A stretch of DNA of 42,138 bases, from the NCBI GenBank assembly GCA_028817015.1, contig JAPPQJ010000193.1, positions 1 through 42,138 of the forward strand, given 5' to 3'. Below the pieces are notes generated by a model. That model had not been told where the DNA came from and made no database searches. It saw only the letters and a list, made by a program, of their open reading frames with translations. The stretch's first letter is position 1; every line of letters begins with the position of its first letter. The position numbers were made by a program, and so were the translations under genes. The stretch is from Gammaproteobacteria bacterium (GTDB lineage: Bacteria; Pseudomonadota; Gammaproteobacteria; Arenicellales; Poriferihabitantaceae). Positions 33,310 to 42,138 of this stretch are shown piece after piece.

Positions 33310-34485
33310 ATGCCGCCGCTTTGCATCCGCTTGCCCGACCGCGCGGGCAACATCACCGAATACCCGCTCAGGGCGCAACCGGTGGCGGCCCCGCCGTCGT
33401 TGCCGCCGCACCGCTTCAACCGCGCTGCGTTGGCCGCCGCGCATGTGGTTGCCGACCCGCTGTCGGCGAACGAAATTGACCGGCCGGCCATCGACTGGGA
33501 GGCGACCCTGGCGTTTCGCCGCCACCTGCTGGATTGCGGGCTGATGATTGCCGAGGCGATGGACACCGCGCAGCGCGGCATGGGGCTGCCGTGGCCGGCG
33601 GCGCGCGAATTGATACGCCGCTCGCTGGATGCGGTGACCGCGCAGCAGCGCCCGCGCATTTTCTGCGGCGTGGGCACCGACCACCTGGCCCCGGGGGAAG
33701 CGCGCGGCCTCGACTCCATCGCGCGCGCCTACCACATGCAACTGCGCGAGGTGCAGGCCGCGGGCGGGCGGGTCATCGTCATGGCCAGCCGCGAACTGGC
33801 GCGCATCGCCGCGAACGCGGACGCCTACCAGAGCGTCTATCGCCGCGTGCTGGCGGAGGCCGACCGGCCGGTAATCGTGCATTGGCTGGGCGGCATGTTC
33901 GACCCGGCCCTGGCCCGCTACTGGGGCAGCGGCGACCTCGACGCCGCCGCCGACACGCTGCTGCAAATCATCGCCGACAACCGCGTCAAGGTGGACGGTG
34001 TCAAGGTGTCGCTGCTGGATGCCGGCCGGGAAATCGCCATGCGCCGGCGGCTGCCGGACGGCGTGAAGATGTATACCGGCGACGACTTCAACTACCCGGA
34101 ACTCATCAAAGGCGATGCGCGCGGCCATTCGCATGCGCTGCTGGGCATCTTCGACCCGATTGCGCCCATCGCCGGCGCCGCGCTGGAGGCGTTGGGCGCC
34201 GGCCGGACCGCGCGCTACGATGAACTGATGGCGCCCACGGCCGACCTGGCGCGGGTGATTTTCCGCTCGCCCACCTGCCATTACAAAACCGGCGTCGTGT
34301 TTTTGGCGTGGCTGAACGGATTTCAGCGCCACTTCATCATGTTAGGCGGCGCCCAGGCGCTGCGCCCGTTGCCGTATTTCACCGAGGTCTTTTTGTCGGC
34401 CGACCGCGCCGGGGCTTTGCTCGACCCGCCGCTGGCCTGCGCGCGCATGCGGCGACTGTTGGCGGTCTATGGAATCGACGCATAG
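33310..34485 (+). CDS. DUF993-family protein (TIM-barrel-like, function unknown)
   Basis: The ORF is 391 aa. AAAHVVADPL...IDWEATLAFRRHLLDCGLMIAEAMDTAQRGMGL matches my recollection of the DUF993 signature region. This needs HMM confirmation. Confidence 0.65.
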   Translation: MPPLCIRLPDRAGNITEYPLRAQPVAAPPSLPPHRFNRAALAAAHVVADPLSANEIDRPAIDWEATLAFRRHLLDCGLMIAEAMDTAQRGMGLPWPAARELIRRSLDAVTAQQRPRIFCGVGTDHLAPGEARGLDSIARAYHMQLREVQAAGGRVIVMASRELARIAANADAYQSVYRRVLAEADRPVIVHWLGGMFDPALARYWGSGDLDAAADTLLQIIADNRVKVDGVKVSLLDAGREIAMRRRLPDGVKMYTGDDFNYPELIKGDARGHSHALLGIFDPIAPIAGAALEALGAGRTARYDELMAPTADLARVIFRSPTCHYKTGVVFLAWLNGFQRHFIMLGGAQALRPLPYFTEVFLSADRAGALLDPPLACARMRRLLAVYGIDA

Positions 34486-34495
34486 CGCCGCCGGC

Positions 34496-35269
34496 TTATT
34501 CGCGAATCCCGTGGCCTTTATTCAGCAACTTCAGGTTGACGGCAAACAGCCCGACGGTGAACAGCGTGATGAGGGCGTAAGAGACGCCGAGGCGGATGTC
34601 GGTGATGCCTAAAAACCCGTAGCGGAAGGCGTTGATCATATACAGGATGGGGTTGATGTGGGAGACAACCTGCCAGAATTCCGGCAGCAGTTTAATGGAG
34701 TAGAAAATCCCGCCGAGGTAGGTCAGCGGCGTGAGGATGAAGTTGGGGACGATGGAAACATCGTCGAAAGTCCGGGCGAACACGCCGTTCAGGAACCCGC
34801 CCAGTGAAAACAGCACGGCGGTCAGCACGATGACGCTGGCCATCACCGGGTAACTGTGCACCGACAACTGGCCGAACAACAACGACACCGCGGCCACGAT
34901 CAGCCCGACCAGCACGCCGCGCACCACGCCGCCGCTGACATAGCCGAGCAGGATGACGCTGTTGGGGGTCGGCGACACCTGCAACTCCTCGATGGAGCGC
35001 TGGAACTTGGCGCTGAAAAACGACGACGACACATTGGCGTAGGCGTTGGTGATCACCGACATCAATATCAGCCCCGGCACGATGAAGTCGATATAGCGGT
35101 GGCCGTCCATGGAGCCGATGCGCGGCCCGATGAGGTTGCCGAAGATGACGAAATACAGCGAAGTGGTCATCACCGGCGGCAGCAGGGTCTGCTGCCAGAT
35201 GCGCATGAAGCGGTGCACCTCCTTGCGCAGGATGGTGGCGTAGGCGGTGCGGATGCCGGCCCAGTTCAC
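34496..35269 (-). CDS. ABC-2-type exporter permease (YadH-like)
   Basis: The ORF is 257 aa. It has LRKEVHRFMRIWQQTLLPPVMTTSLYFVIFG and six TM segments. The GTG start overlaps the ATPase stop (GTGA). Confidence 0.88.
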   Translation of the reverse strand: MNWAGIRTAYATILRKEVHRFMRIWQQTLLPPVMTTSLYFVIFGNLIGPRIGSMDGHRYIDFIVPGLILMSVITNAYANVSSSFFSAKFQRSIEELQVSPTPNSVILLGYVSGGVVRGVLVGLIVAAVSLLFGQLSVHSYPVMASVIVLTAVLFSLGGFLNGVFARTFDDVSIVPNFILTPLTYLGGIFYSIKLLPEFWQVVSHINPILYMINAFRYGFLGITDIRLGVSYALITLFTVGLFAVNLKLLNKGHGIRE

Positions 35270-36186
35270 GGCCCGTCCTGGTCCATCATGTCCAGGAACA
35301 GGCGCTCCAGGCGGTTGGTCTTGTTGCGCATGCCGCGCACCACGATGCCGCGCCGGGCGAGCTCCGCGAAGGCCCGGTTGACATTGCTGCCCCGCGGCAT
35401 GTCCACCTCCAAAGTGGCGGGGTCTTTCAGGCGCCAGCCGGGCGGCCGGTCGGCGGGCAATTCGGCCAGCGGCGCGGCCAGGTCGAGGATATAGGTTTCC
35501 TGCTGGAGTTTTTCCAGCAACGCCCCGGTGCTGGTGTTTTCAACCAGTTGCCCGCGGTCGATGATGGCCACATGCCGGCACAGACTCTCGGCCTCTTCCA
35601 GGTAGTGAGTGGTCAGAATAATGGTGGTGCCGCTTTGGTTGATGCGGGTCAGGTATTGCCACATCGAGCGGCGGATTTCGATATCGACGCCGGCGGTCGG
35701 CTCGTCGAGAATCAGCAGGCGCGGCTGGTGCATCAGCGCGCGGGCGATCATCAGCCGGCGCTTCATGCCGCCCGACAACTCCCGGGTGATGTGGTCGCGC
35801 TTGTCCCACAGCCCCAGTTGGCTTAAGTATTGCCGCGCTCTGTCGCGCGCCTGTTTCCTGCCGATGCCGTAGTAGCCGGCCTGGTTGCAGACGATCTGCC
35901 ACGGCGTCTCGAAGATGCTGAAATTGAATTCCTGCGGCACCACGCCGAGGTAGGATTTGGCCTGGGCGAAATCGCGGTCGATGTCGGCGTCAAACACCCT
36001 GACCATGCCGGCGCTTTTGTTGACCAACGAGCAGATGATGCCGATGACGGTGGATTTGCCCGCGCCGTTCCTGCCCAGCAATCCGAAAAAATCCCCCTGC
36101 CCGACTTCCAGGTCGATGCCCTTGAGCGCCACCGCGCCGTTGCCGTAAGTCTTGCGCAGGCCGGAAATGGCGAGGGCCACGGTCAT
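35266..36186 (-). CDS. ABC-2-type exporter ATP-binding protein (YadG-like)
   Basis: Walker A is GRNGAGKST, the signature is LSGGMKRR and Walker B is LILDEPTAGVD. The length is 306 aa. Confidence 0.9.
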   Translation of the reverse strand: MTVALAISGLRKTYGNGAVALKGIDLEVGQGDFFGLLGRNGAGKSTVIGIICSLVNKSAGMVRVFDADIDRDFAQAKSYLGVVPQEFNFSIFETPWQIVCNQAGYYGIGRKQARDRARQYLSQLGLWDKRDHITRELSGGMKRRLMIARALMHQPRLLILDEPTAGVDIEIRRSMWQYLTRINQSGTTIILTTHYLEEAESLCRHVAIIDRGQLVENTSTGALLEKLQQETYILDLAAPLAELPADRPPGWRLKDPATLEVDMPRGSNVNRAFAELARRGIVVRGMRNKTNRLERLFLDMMDQDGP

Positions 36187-36193
36187 GGCCGGT

Positions 36194-36643
36194 TCACCGC
36201 AACGCCCGGGTCATGGCGATGTGCTCGATGCCCGCTTCCATGAACACCCCGCCGCGTTCGACAAAACCGCGCCCGGCGTAGAACGCCCTGGCGTGCACCT
36301 GGGCGTTGAGCGCAACGGCCTTTAAGCCGCGCGACCGGGCGGCGTCGAGCAGGCATTGCAAAATGGCCCCGCCGACGCCCCGCTTGCGCCACGCCTCCAG
36401 CACCGCCATCCGCCCGATGCGCCCGTCGGCCAGCAGCCGGCCGGTGGCGATGCCGTTGCGGTCGGCATCGAAGGCCAGCGCATGGGTGTGCCGGCAATCG
36501 CTCGGGTCGATCTCGAGGTCTTCGCTGACGCCCTGTTCCAGTACAAACACGCGGTGGCGAATGGCGCGGATGACGGATTGATGGCGGTGCCAGTCGACAA
36601 TGGCGGTGCAATAAGAAGGGGGGCGGGCGGGGGTTTTCGTCAT
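36194..36643 (-). CDS. GNAT-family N-acetyltransferase
   Basis: The ORF is 149 aa. The acetyl-CoA motif is RMAVLEAWRKRGVGGAILQCLLDAARSRG. The start overlaps the upstream stop (ATGA at 36640-36643). Confidence 0.85.
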   Translation of the reverse strand: MTKTPARPPSYCTAIVDWHRHQSVIRAIRHRVFVLEQGVSEDLEIDPSDCRHTHALAFDADRNGIATGRLLADGRIGRMAVLEAWRKRGVGGAILQCLLDAARSRGLKAVALNAQVHARAFYAGRGFVERGGVFMEAGIEHIAMTRALR

Positions 36644-37365
36644 GTCCCGGTCCCGGTCAGCAGCAAGGTGCCGGTCCGGCCTTTTCTGGTGGCTGCGATC
36701 TTAAGCGGTATGGGGTTGTCCCCCTGTTTAAGCCACACGGTCACGCTGTCGGCCGGCCGCGAGGCGCGGCGGCGGGTGATTTTCCAACTGGAAAACCCGC
36801 CGGCCGGGGTTTCGACGATTTCCTCGACCGGTTGCTGGTAGATGTATTCGCGGGCGCGCCAGGCGCTCACTTCGCGCACCCGCGCCCCTTCCAGGGTCTC
36901 CACCGGGCGCAGCATCAGCAACAGCGGAAAGGCGGCCGCCTCGAACCGCTCGCCGGGCGCAATGGCGCTGTGTTCGCCGTCGCTGAATTCAATTCGGTCG
37001 TGGGTGCGGTTGAAGCGAAACGACCGGGTGAATTCATCGCCACGGGCCCGGCCCACGGTGGTGCCGCTGTCGAGCGCCACTTCCCCGCGGTGGCGGACAA
37101 ACCGGGTGGTGGTGGTGTATTTGTTGAACCTGAACAGGCGGGCCAGCGCGCTCGGCTTGCCGGTGGAAACAACCCGGTAGCCGGCCTCTTCGCGGTGGAT
37201 GCTGACCTCCAGCCTGCCGGCGTTGATGTTTCCATACAACGCCTTGTAGCGCAGGACCTGGTCTTCGATGGCGGCGGCGCGCTCAGCCGGCGCCCACAGC
37301 AGCAACGCCAACAAGGCCGCACCCACCGGCTTGCTCCACGAAAGCAAAGAACGAGCCCCGGTCAC
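36640..37365 (-). CDS. DUF3108-domain protein (secreted, function unknown)
   Basis: It has a beta-rich body (YKALYGNINAGRLEVSIHREEAGYRVVSTGK). The start is placed at the GTG at 37365, which forms a GTGA overlap with the purN stop. That start gives a signal peptide, TGARSLLSWSKPVGAALLALLLWAPAERAAA. The ORF-track ATG at 37467 would overlap purN by 105 nt. Confidence 0.7.
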   Translation of the reverse strand: MTGARSLLSWSKPVGAALLALLLWAPAERAAAIEDQVLRYKALYGNINAGRLEVSIHREEAGYRVVSTGKPSALARLFRFNKYTTTTRFVRHRGEVALDSGTTVGRARGDEFTRSFRFNRTHDRIEFSDGEHSAIAPGERFEAAAFPLLLMLRPVETLEGARVREVSAWRAREYIYQQPVEEIVETPAGGFSSWKITRRRASRPADSVTVWLKQGDNPIPLKIAATRKGRTGTLLLTGTGT

Positions 37366-38015
37366 GACGCCTGCGCTCGCTCGGCAAGCGGCTGCCCGCG
37401 CCCGGCCAGTTGGCGGTTTTCCGCAATCCACTGAATCGCCCGGGCATAGATTTGATGCTCCTTGCATAGCACGCGCGCACCCAGGGTCTCGGCGTTGTCG
37501 CCGGGTGCGACCTCCACTTCGGCCTGCAGAATGACCGGGCCGGCGTCCAGTTCGGCGGTGACCCAGTGCACGCTGGCGCCGTGGCGGCGTTCGCCGGCGT
37601 CGAGGACGCGCTGATGGGTGTTCAGCCCCTTGAAGCGCGGCAGCAAGGACGGGTGAATGTTGACCATGCGGTGGGCAAAGCGCCCGACAAAGCGCTCTGG
37701 CAGCACGCGCATGAATCCGGCCAGCACCACCAGGTCGGGTGCAAACGCTTCGACGCGCCGCAACAGGGCGGCGTAAAAAGCCGCGGCGTCGCGGTAATCG
37801 CCGCGCGCCACCACCTCCGCCGGCACCCCGGCGCGGCGCGCCCTCACCAGCCCGAAGGCGTCGGCCCGGTCGCTGATCACCGCGGCCACGGTGGCCGACA
37901 ACCGGCCCGCGGCGATGTGCCCGAGAATGGCCTGCAGGTTGCTGCCGTTGCCGGAAATCAGCACCACCAGGTTAAGGGGGTTAAGGGCGCGGATGGAGGA
38001 TGGGTCTGCCATCAT
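37362..38015 (-). CDS. purN: Phosphoribosylglycinamide formyltransferase
   Basis: The ORF is 217 aa. Matching blocks are LVVLISGNGSNLQAIL, VVLAGFMRVL, VNIHPSLLPRFKG and HGASVHWVTAELDAGPVILQ. Confidence 0.93.
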   Translation of the reverse strand: MMADPSSIRALNPLNLVVLISGNGSNLQAILGHIAAGRLSATVAAVISDRADAFGLVRARRAGVPAEVVARGDYRDAAAFYAALLRRVEAFAPDLVVLAGFMRVLPERFVGRFAHRMVNIHPSLLPRFKGLNTHQRVLDAGERRHGASVHWVTAELDAGPVILQAEVEVAPGDNAETLGARVLCKEHQIYARAIQWIAENRQLAGRGQPLAERAQAS

Positions 38016-38034
38016 CGGCGGGCGCGGGCGGCCG

Positions 38035-39105
38035 TTAATCCCGCACCACCACCTGCGGCGGCCCGCAAGCGGCGCGGATGTGCCCCAGGGAAAACACCGT
38101 CTCGCCCTGTTCTTCGAGAATCGCCACGGCCCGCCGGTGGTCGCGCGCCGGCACCACTACCACCAGGCCGATTCCGCAGTTGAAGGTTCTCAGCATTTCC
38201 CCATCGTCGATGCGGCCGCTCTCCTGCAGCCACCGGAACACCGGCGGCAACTCCCAGTTTGAGCGGTGAATTTCCGCGGCCACGCCGGGCGGCAACACCC
38301 GCGGCGGGTTCTCAATCAGGCCGCCGCCGGTGATGTGGGAAACCGCCGCCACCTGGACTTCGGCGAACAGGCGCAGCAGCGCTTTGACATAGATGCGGGT
38401 CGGCTCGAGCAGGGTTTCCCCTAAACTGGAGGGCGAATCGCCCCCGGCAAGCGGCCGGGACAAATCGTCACCGCTGATTTTCACAATGTCCAGGATTTTG
38501 CGAATCAGCGAAAAACCGTTGGAATGGGGCCCGGAAGACCCTAATCCCAGCACGATGTCGCCGACCTCGACCCGAGACGGCGTAAGGATGTCGCGCTTTT
38601 CCACGATGCCGACCGCAAAGCCGGCCAGGTCGTATTCCCCCGGCGCATACATGCCCGGCATTTCCGCGGTTTCCCCGCCGACCAACGCGCAGCCGGCCAT
38701 CTCACAGCCGCGCGCCACGCCCTCGACCACCGCTTCGGCGTGCTCGACCCGCAACGCGCCGGTGGCTAAATAGTCGAGGAAATACAACGGCTCGGCGCCG
38801 CAGGCGATGAGGTCGTTGACGCACATCGCCACCGCGTCGATGCCGACCGTGTGGTGGCGGCCCAGTTGCGCCGCTAATTTGAGTTTGGTGCCGACGCCAT
38901 CGGCGGCCGACACTAACACCGGGTTTTGGTATTTAGCGACCGGCAACTCATACAGCGCGCCAAAACCGCCTACCCCGCCCAACACGCCGGGGCCGTGGGT
39001 GCGCGCGGCGAGCGCCCTGATGCGCGCCACCAAGCGGTTGCCGGCGTCGATGTTGACGCCGCTGTCGCTGTATCGCAACCGGGAAGTGTCTGGCGGAATG
39101 CTCAA
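38035..39105 (-). CDS. purM: Phosphoribosylformylglycinamidine cyclo-ligase (AIR synthetase)
   Basis: Matching blocks are [50 protein letters not shown]-type blocks and GPHSNGFSL. The start is placed at the TTG at 39105 ([17 protein letters not shown]). The 69 upstream in-frame codons of the ORF-track entry look like 5' leader or promoter DNA. The start position is uncertain. Confidence 0.88.
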   Translation of the reverse strand: MSIPPDTSRLRYSDSGVNIDAGNRLVARIRALAARTHGPGVLGGVGGFGALYELPVAKYQNPVLVSAADGVGTKLKLAAQLGRHHTVGIDAVAMCVNDLIACGAEPLYFLDYLATGALRVEHAEAVVEGVARGCEMAGCALVGGETAEMPGMYAPGEYDLAGFAVGIVEKRDILTPSRVEVGDIVLGLGSSGPHSNGFSLIRKILDIVKISGDDLSRPLAGGDSPSSLGETLLEPTRIYVKALLRLFAEVQVAAVSHITGGGLIENPPRVLPPGVAAEIHRSNWELPPVFRWLQESGRIDDGEMLRTFNCGIGLVVVVPARDHRRAVAILEEQGETVFSLGHIRAACGPPQVVVRD

Positions 39106-39258
39106 ATGGATACTGAAACGCTGACCGGCGGGAAAAAGAATCTGGCGAGGGGCGAATTGCGGATTGGCGGATGGACTGCGGGCGGCTTTTAAGGGCGCTA
39201 TTATGCCCCACGCCGCCGCTTTTGGGGCCGTCATCGGCGCCGATTGCCCGAATAATTG

Positions 39259-39288
39259 CTTGAATGACGGCACCCCAACCCCACTTAT
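39259..39288 (+). promoter_or_regulatory. Sigma-32 (heat-shock) promoter candidate for clpB
   Basis: CTTGAA (39259-39264), 14 nt, then CCCCACTTAT (39279-39288) compares well with the consensus CTTGAAA-N13-14-CCCCATNT. It lies 40 nt upstream of the clpB ATG. Confidence 0.5.
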
Positions 39289-39327
39289 CCACTTAACTTC
39301 ATTCAACCTCATCCCAACGAATCGTTC

Positions 39328-41919
39328 ATGCGCCCCGACAAATTAACCGCCAAGTTCCAGATGGCGCTGGCCGACGCGCAGAGTTTGGCGGTCGGCCGCA
39401 GCCACCAGTTCATCGAGCCGCTGCACCTGATGCTTGCCATGCTCGACCAGGAGGGCGGCAGCGTGCGCCACCTGCTGGCGCGCGGCGATGCCAACATCAA
39501 CCGCCTGCGCTCCGCCCTGTTCGATGCGCTGGACAAACTGCCGCGCGTGGAGGGCGGTCACGGCGAGGTGCACCTGTCCAACGACCTCGGCAAACTTCTC
39601 AATGTCGCCGACAAGTTGGCCCAGGAGCGCGGCGACCGGTATATCGCCAGCGAGTTGTTCGTGCTGGCGGCGCTGGACGACAAGGGCCGGTTAGGCGCCA
39701 TGCTGCGCGACGCCGGCGCCTCCAAAAACGGCGTCGAGGCGGCCGTCGAGGCCATGCGCGGCGGCCAAAGCGTGGACGACCCCCATGTCGAAGAGCAGCG
39801 CCAGGCGCTGGAGAAATACACCATCGACATTACCGAGCGCGCTGAACAGGGCAAACTCGACCCGGTCATCGGCCGCGACGACGAAATCCGCCGCGCCATC
39901 CAGGTGCTGCAGCGGCGCACCAAGAACAACCCGGTGCTCATCGGCCAGCCCGGCGTCGGCAAAACCGCCATCATCGAGGGCCTGGCGCAGCGCATCGTCA
40001 ACGGCGAGGTGCCGGACGGCATCAAGGGCAAGCGGGTGCTGTCGCTGGACTTGGGCGCGCTGTTGGCCGGCGCCAAATACCGCGGCGAATTCGAGGAGCG
40101 TCTGAAAGCGGTGCTGAGCGATTTGGCCAAGCAGGAAGGGCGCATCATCCTGTTCATCGACGAGTTGCACACCGTAGCCGGGGCCGGTGCGGCCGAGGGG
40201 GCGATGGACGCCGGCAATATGCTGAAACCGGCGCTGGCGCGCGGCGAACTGCACTGCGTCGGCGCCACCACATTGGATGAATACCGCAAACACATCGAGA
40301 AGGACGCGGCGCTGGAGCGGCGTTTCCAGAAAGTGTTGGTCGATGAGCCGAATGTCGAGGACGCCATCGCCATCCTGCGCGGCTTGAAGGAGCGCTACGA
40401 AGTGCATCACGGCGTCGACATCACCGACCCGGCCATTGTCGCAGCCGCCACCCTGTCGCACAGATACATCACCGACCGCAACCTGCCCGACAAAGCCATC
40501 GATTTGGTCGATGAAGCGGCCAGCCGCATTCGCATGGAAATCGACTCCAAGCCGGAGGCGATGGACCGGCTGGAGCGGCGTTTGATTCAACTCAAAATCG
40601 AACGCGAAGCGCTCAACAAGGAAAGCGACGACGCCTCGCGCAAACGCCTCGAAGATTTGCAAAGCGAAATCGACAAACTGGAGCGCGAATACGCCGACCT
40701 GGAGGAAGTGTGGAACGCCGAGAAGTCGGCGGTGCAGGGCAGCCAGCATGTCAAGGAGGAACTCGACCGGGTGCGCACCGAACTGGAAACCGCGCGGCGC
40801 GCCGGTGACCTGGCGCGCATGTCGGAGTTGCAATACGGGCGCATCCCCGAACTGGAAAAGCAACTGGAAGCGGCAAGCCAGGCCGAGAACCGCGAAATGA
40901 CCCTGCTTAGAAACCGCGTCAACGAGGATGAAATCGCCGAGGTGGTGTCCAGTTGGACCGGCATTCCGGTGTCCAAAATGCTCGAAGGCGAGCGCGACAA
41001 ACTCCTTCGCATGGAAGGCAACCTGCACCGCCGCGTGGTCGGCCAGGACGAAGCCGTGACCGCGGTCGCCAACGCCATCCGAAGGTCGCGCGCCGGGCTG
41101 TCCGACCCCAACCGGCCGTACGGCTCGTTCCTGTTCCTCGGCCCGACCGGCGTCGGCAAAACCGAACTCACCAGAGCGGTGGCCGAGTTTTTGTTCGACT
41201 CCGAGCAAGCGATGGTGCGCATCGACATGTCGGAGTTCATGGAAAAACACTCGGTGTCACGGCTCATCGGCGCACCGCCCGGCTATGTCGGCTACGAGGA
41301 AGGCGGTTATCTCACCGAAGCGGTGCGGCGGCGGCCGTATGCGGTGATTTTGCTGGACGAAGTCGAGAAGGCGCACGCCGATGTGTTCAATGTGCTGCTG
41401 CAGGTGCTGGACGACGGGCGCCTGACCGACGGCCACGGCCGCACCGTGGATTTTCGCAACACGGTGATTATCATGACCTCGAACTTGGGTTCGCAGATGA
41501 TTCGCGAACGCCATGGCGGGCGCGATGGCCGCGGCAACGAAAGTGACTACGATGACATGAAACGCCAAGTGCTGGAAGTGGTCAGCGCGCATTTCCGCCC
41601 CGAGTTCATCAACCGCATCGACGACCTGGTGGTATTCCGGCCGCTGGACAAAACGCAACTGGCGCAAATCGCGCGCATTCAGTTGGACTACTTGCGCGCG
41701 CGCCTCGCGCAGCGCGACATGCAACTGGACATCACCGCCGCCGCGCTCGACAAAATCGCCGTCGCCGGATTCGACCCGGTGTTCGGCGCGCGCCCGTTGA
41801 AGCGCGCCATCCAAACCGCCATCGAAAACCCGTTAGCGCGCCGCATCCTCGAAGGCGACTTCCCGCCCGGCAGCGTCATCAAAGTGTCGCACAAGGGCGG
41901 AGAGTTTGTGTTTTCATAG
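39328..41919 (+). CDS. clpB: ATP-dependent disaggregase chaperone ClpB
   Basis: The ORF is 863 aa and is collinear with E. coli ClpB as I recall it. It has the N-domain, NBD1 ([10 protein letters not shown]), the long coiled-coil M-domain, NBD2 ([10 protein letters not shown]) and a C-terminal [10 protein letters not shown] block. Confidence 0.97.
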   Translation: MRPDKLTAKFQMALADAQSLAVGRSHQFIEPLHLMLAMLDQEGGSVRHLLARGDANINRLRSALFDALDKLPRVEGGHGEVHLSNDLGKLLNVADKLAQERGDRYIASELFVLAALDDKGRLGAMLRDAGASKNGVEAAVEAMRGGQSVDDPHVEEQRQALEKYTIDITERAEQGKLDPVIGRDDEIRRAIQVLQRRTKNNPVLIGQPGVGKTAIIEGLAQRIVNGEVPDGIKGKRVLSLDLGALLAGAKYRGEFEERLKAVLSDLAKQEGRIILFIDELHTVAGAGAAEGAMDAGNMLKPALARGELHCVGATTLDEYRKHIEKDAALERRFQKVLVDEPNVEDAIAILRGLKERYEVHHGVDITDPAIVAAATLSHRYITDRNLPDKAIDLVDEAASRIRMEIDSKPEAMDRLERRLIQLKIEREALNKESDDASRKRLEDLQSEIDKLEREYADLEEVWNAEKSAVQGSQHVKEELDRVRTELETARRAGDLARMSELQYGRIPELEKQLEAASQAENREMTLLRNRVNEDEIAEVVSSWTGIPVSKMLEGERDKLLRMEGNLHRRVVGQDEAVTAVANAIRRSRAGLSDPNRPYGSFLFLGPTGVGKTELTRAVAEFLFDSEQAMVRIDMSEFMEKHSVSRLIGAPPGYVGYEEGGYLTEAVRRRPYAVILLDEVEKAHADVFNVLLQVLDDGRLTDGHGRTVDFRNTVIIMTSNLGSQMIRERHGGRDGRGNESDYDDMKRQVLEVVSAHFRPEFINRIDDLVVFRPLDKTQLAQIARIQLDYLRARLAQRDMQLDITAAALDKIAVAGFDPVFGARPLKRAIQTAIENPLARRILEGDFPPGSVIKVSHKGGEFVFS

Positions 41920-42063
41920 CCACGAAAAACACGCTGACTTCCGGGTCAATGGAAAACAGTGTCGTTGCGCTTCCTTGCCCCGAGTCGTGGCCCGGAATTG
42001 CGGCGAGGATGATTTTGCGGACTTCCGAGCAGGTGCGTAGATTGCCATCCGTGGCATCTGTGG

Positions 42064-42085
42064 ATTCCGGCGTCCAAGCCGGAAT
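42064..42085. other. Stem-loop ATTCCGGC-gtccaa-GCCGGAAT between convergent genes
   Basis: It has a perfect 8-bp stem and a 6-nt loop. No U-tract is present on either strand. A smaller GCCA-tccg-TGGC hairpin lies just upstream. Confidence 0.3.
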
Positions 42086-42109
42086 GACGGCAGGGGCCGG
42101 CGGCGGGAA

Positions 42110-42138
42110 TCAGAACCGCAAACGGCCTTCGAGGGTGA
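42110..42138 (-). CDS. 3' end of a minus-strand gene entering from the right edge; the C-terminus ...TLEGRLRF* resembles an outer-membrane beta-barrel terminus
   Basis: The reverse complement of 42110-42138 reads ..ACC CTC GAA GGC CGT TTG CGG TTC TGA. A terminal aromatic Phe after an alternating pattern is typical of OMPs. Only 9 codons are visible. Confidence 0.25.

Noticed and set aside
32818-34332. A 504-aa minus-strand ORF, and similar long antisense ORFs at 31612-32775, 39691-41250, 29217-30014 and 16020-16823.
   Set aside because: They lie antisense to genes with clear family signatures (SDR/DUF993, crotonase, clpB, LacI, PucR). Their products are Arg/Ala/Gly/Pro-rich and low in complexity. 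Stop-poor antisense frames are expected in DNA with 65% or more GC. They are shadow ORFs.
34486-34495. Only 10 bp separate the convergent stops of DUF993 and the ABC-2 permease. I looked for a bidirectional terminator.
   Set aside because: No hairpin or U-tract fits in or around the 10-bp gap. Termination may be Rho-dependent or occur inside the opposing genes. There is nothing to report beyond the tight spacing.
1-42138. CRISPR arrays, rRNA genes, integrase/recombinase genes, toxin-antitoxin pairs, and restriction-modification or other defence systems.
   Set aside because: I saw no regularly spaced direct repeats. I saw no ORF with integrase, nuclease, methyltransferase, helicase or toxin-like signatures. 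Every ORF above about 120 aa that is not a shadow ORF is accounted for by transport, regulation, metabolism or housekeeping functions.

Overview
The window is a proteobacterial chromosomal segment of 42.1 kb and appears to be a compositional mosaic. All calls come from reading the sequence and ORF track and from remembered family signatures; no searches were run.

The right part (about 25.6-42.1 kb) is high-GC. By hand count, 33001-33060 is 67% GC. It carries housekeeping genes: clpB with a sigma-32-like promoter, divergent from purM-purN-DUF3108-GNAT-ABC-2 exporter. It also carries one 8.2 kb co-directional operon: TRAP transporter, LacI regulator, family-I CoA-transferase, enoyl-CoA hydratase, SDR and DUF993.

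The left 25.5 kb is lower-GC, about 55-57% by spot counts. It is almost entirely solute uptake and catabolism:
- A GntR-linked Dpp/Opp-type ABC importer with a fused permease-ATPase, divergent from DUF1028 and an M20 carbamoyl-amidohydrolase-type gene.
- A very low-GC cassette (38% at 9001-9060) of LysR plus a TRAP transporter, bracketed by an IS1595-type transposase remnant and a tRNA-3'-end-like fragment.
- A 12.4 kb co-directional cluster: an N,N-dimethylformamidase large-subunit homologue with no small subunit, a GAF-PucR regulator, a 465 bp unexplained gap, an LLM flavin oxidoreductase, a second Dpp/Opp-type importer and a 279-aa protein I cannot place.

I found no CRISPR array, rRNA, intact tRNA, intact mobile element or recognisable defence or toxin system. 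The most promising candidates for undescribed biology are the DMFase-like/PucR/LLM/ABC cluster and the TRAP-CoA-transferase-DUF993 operon. Both are metabolic, and both are inferences that need profile searches and gene-neighbourhood analysis.
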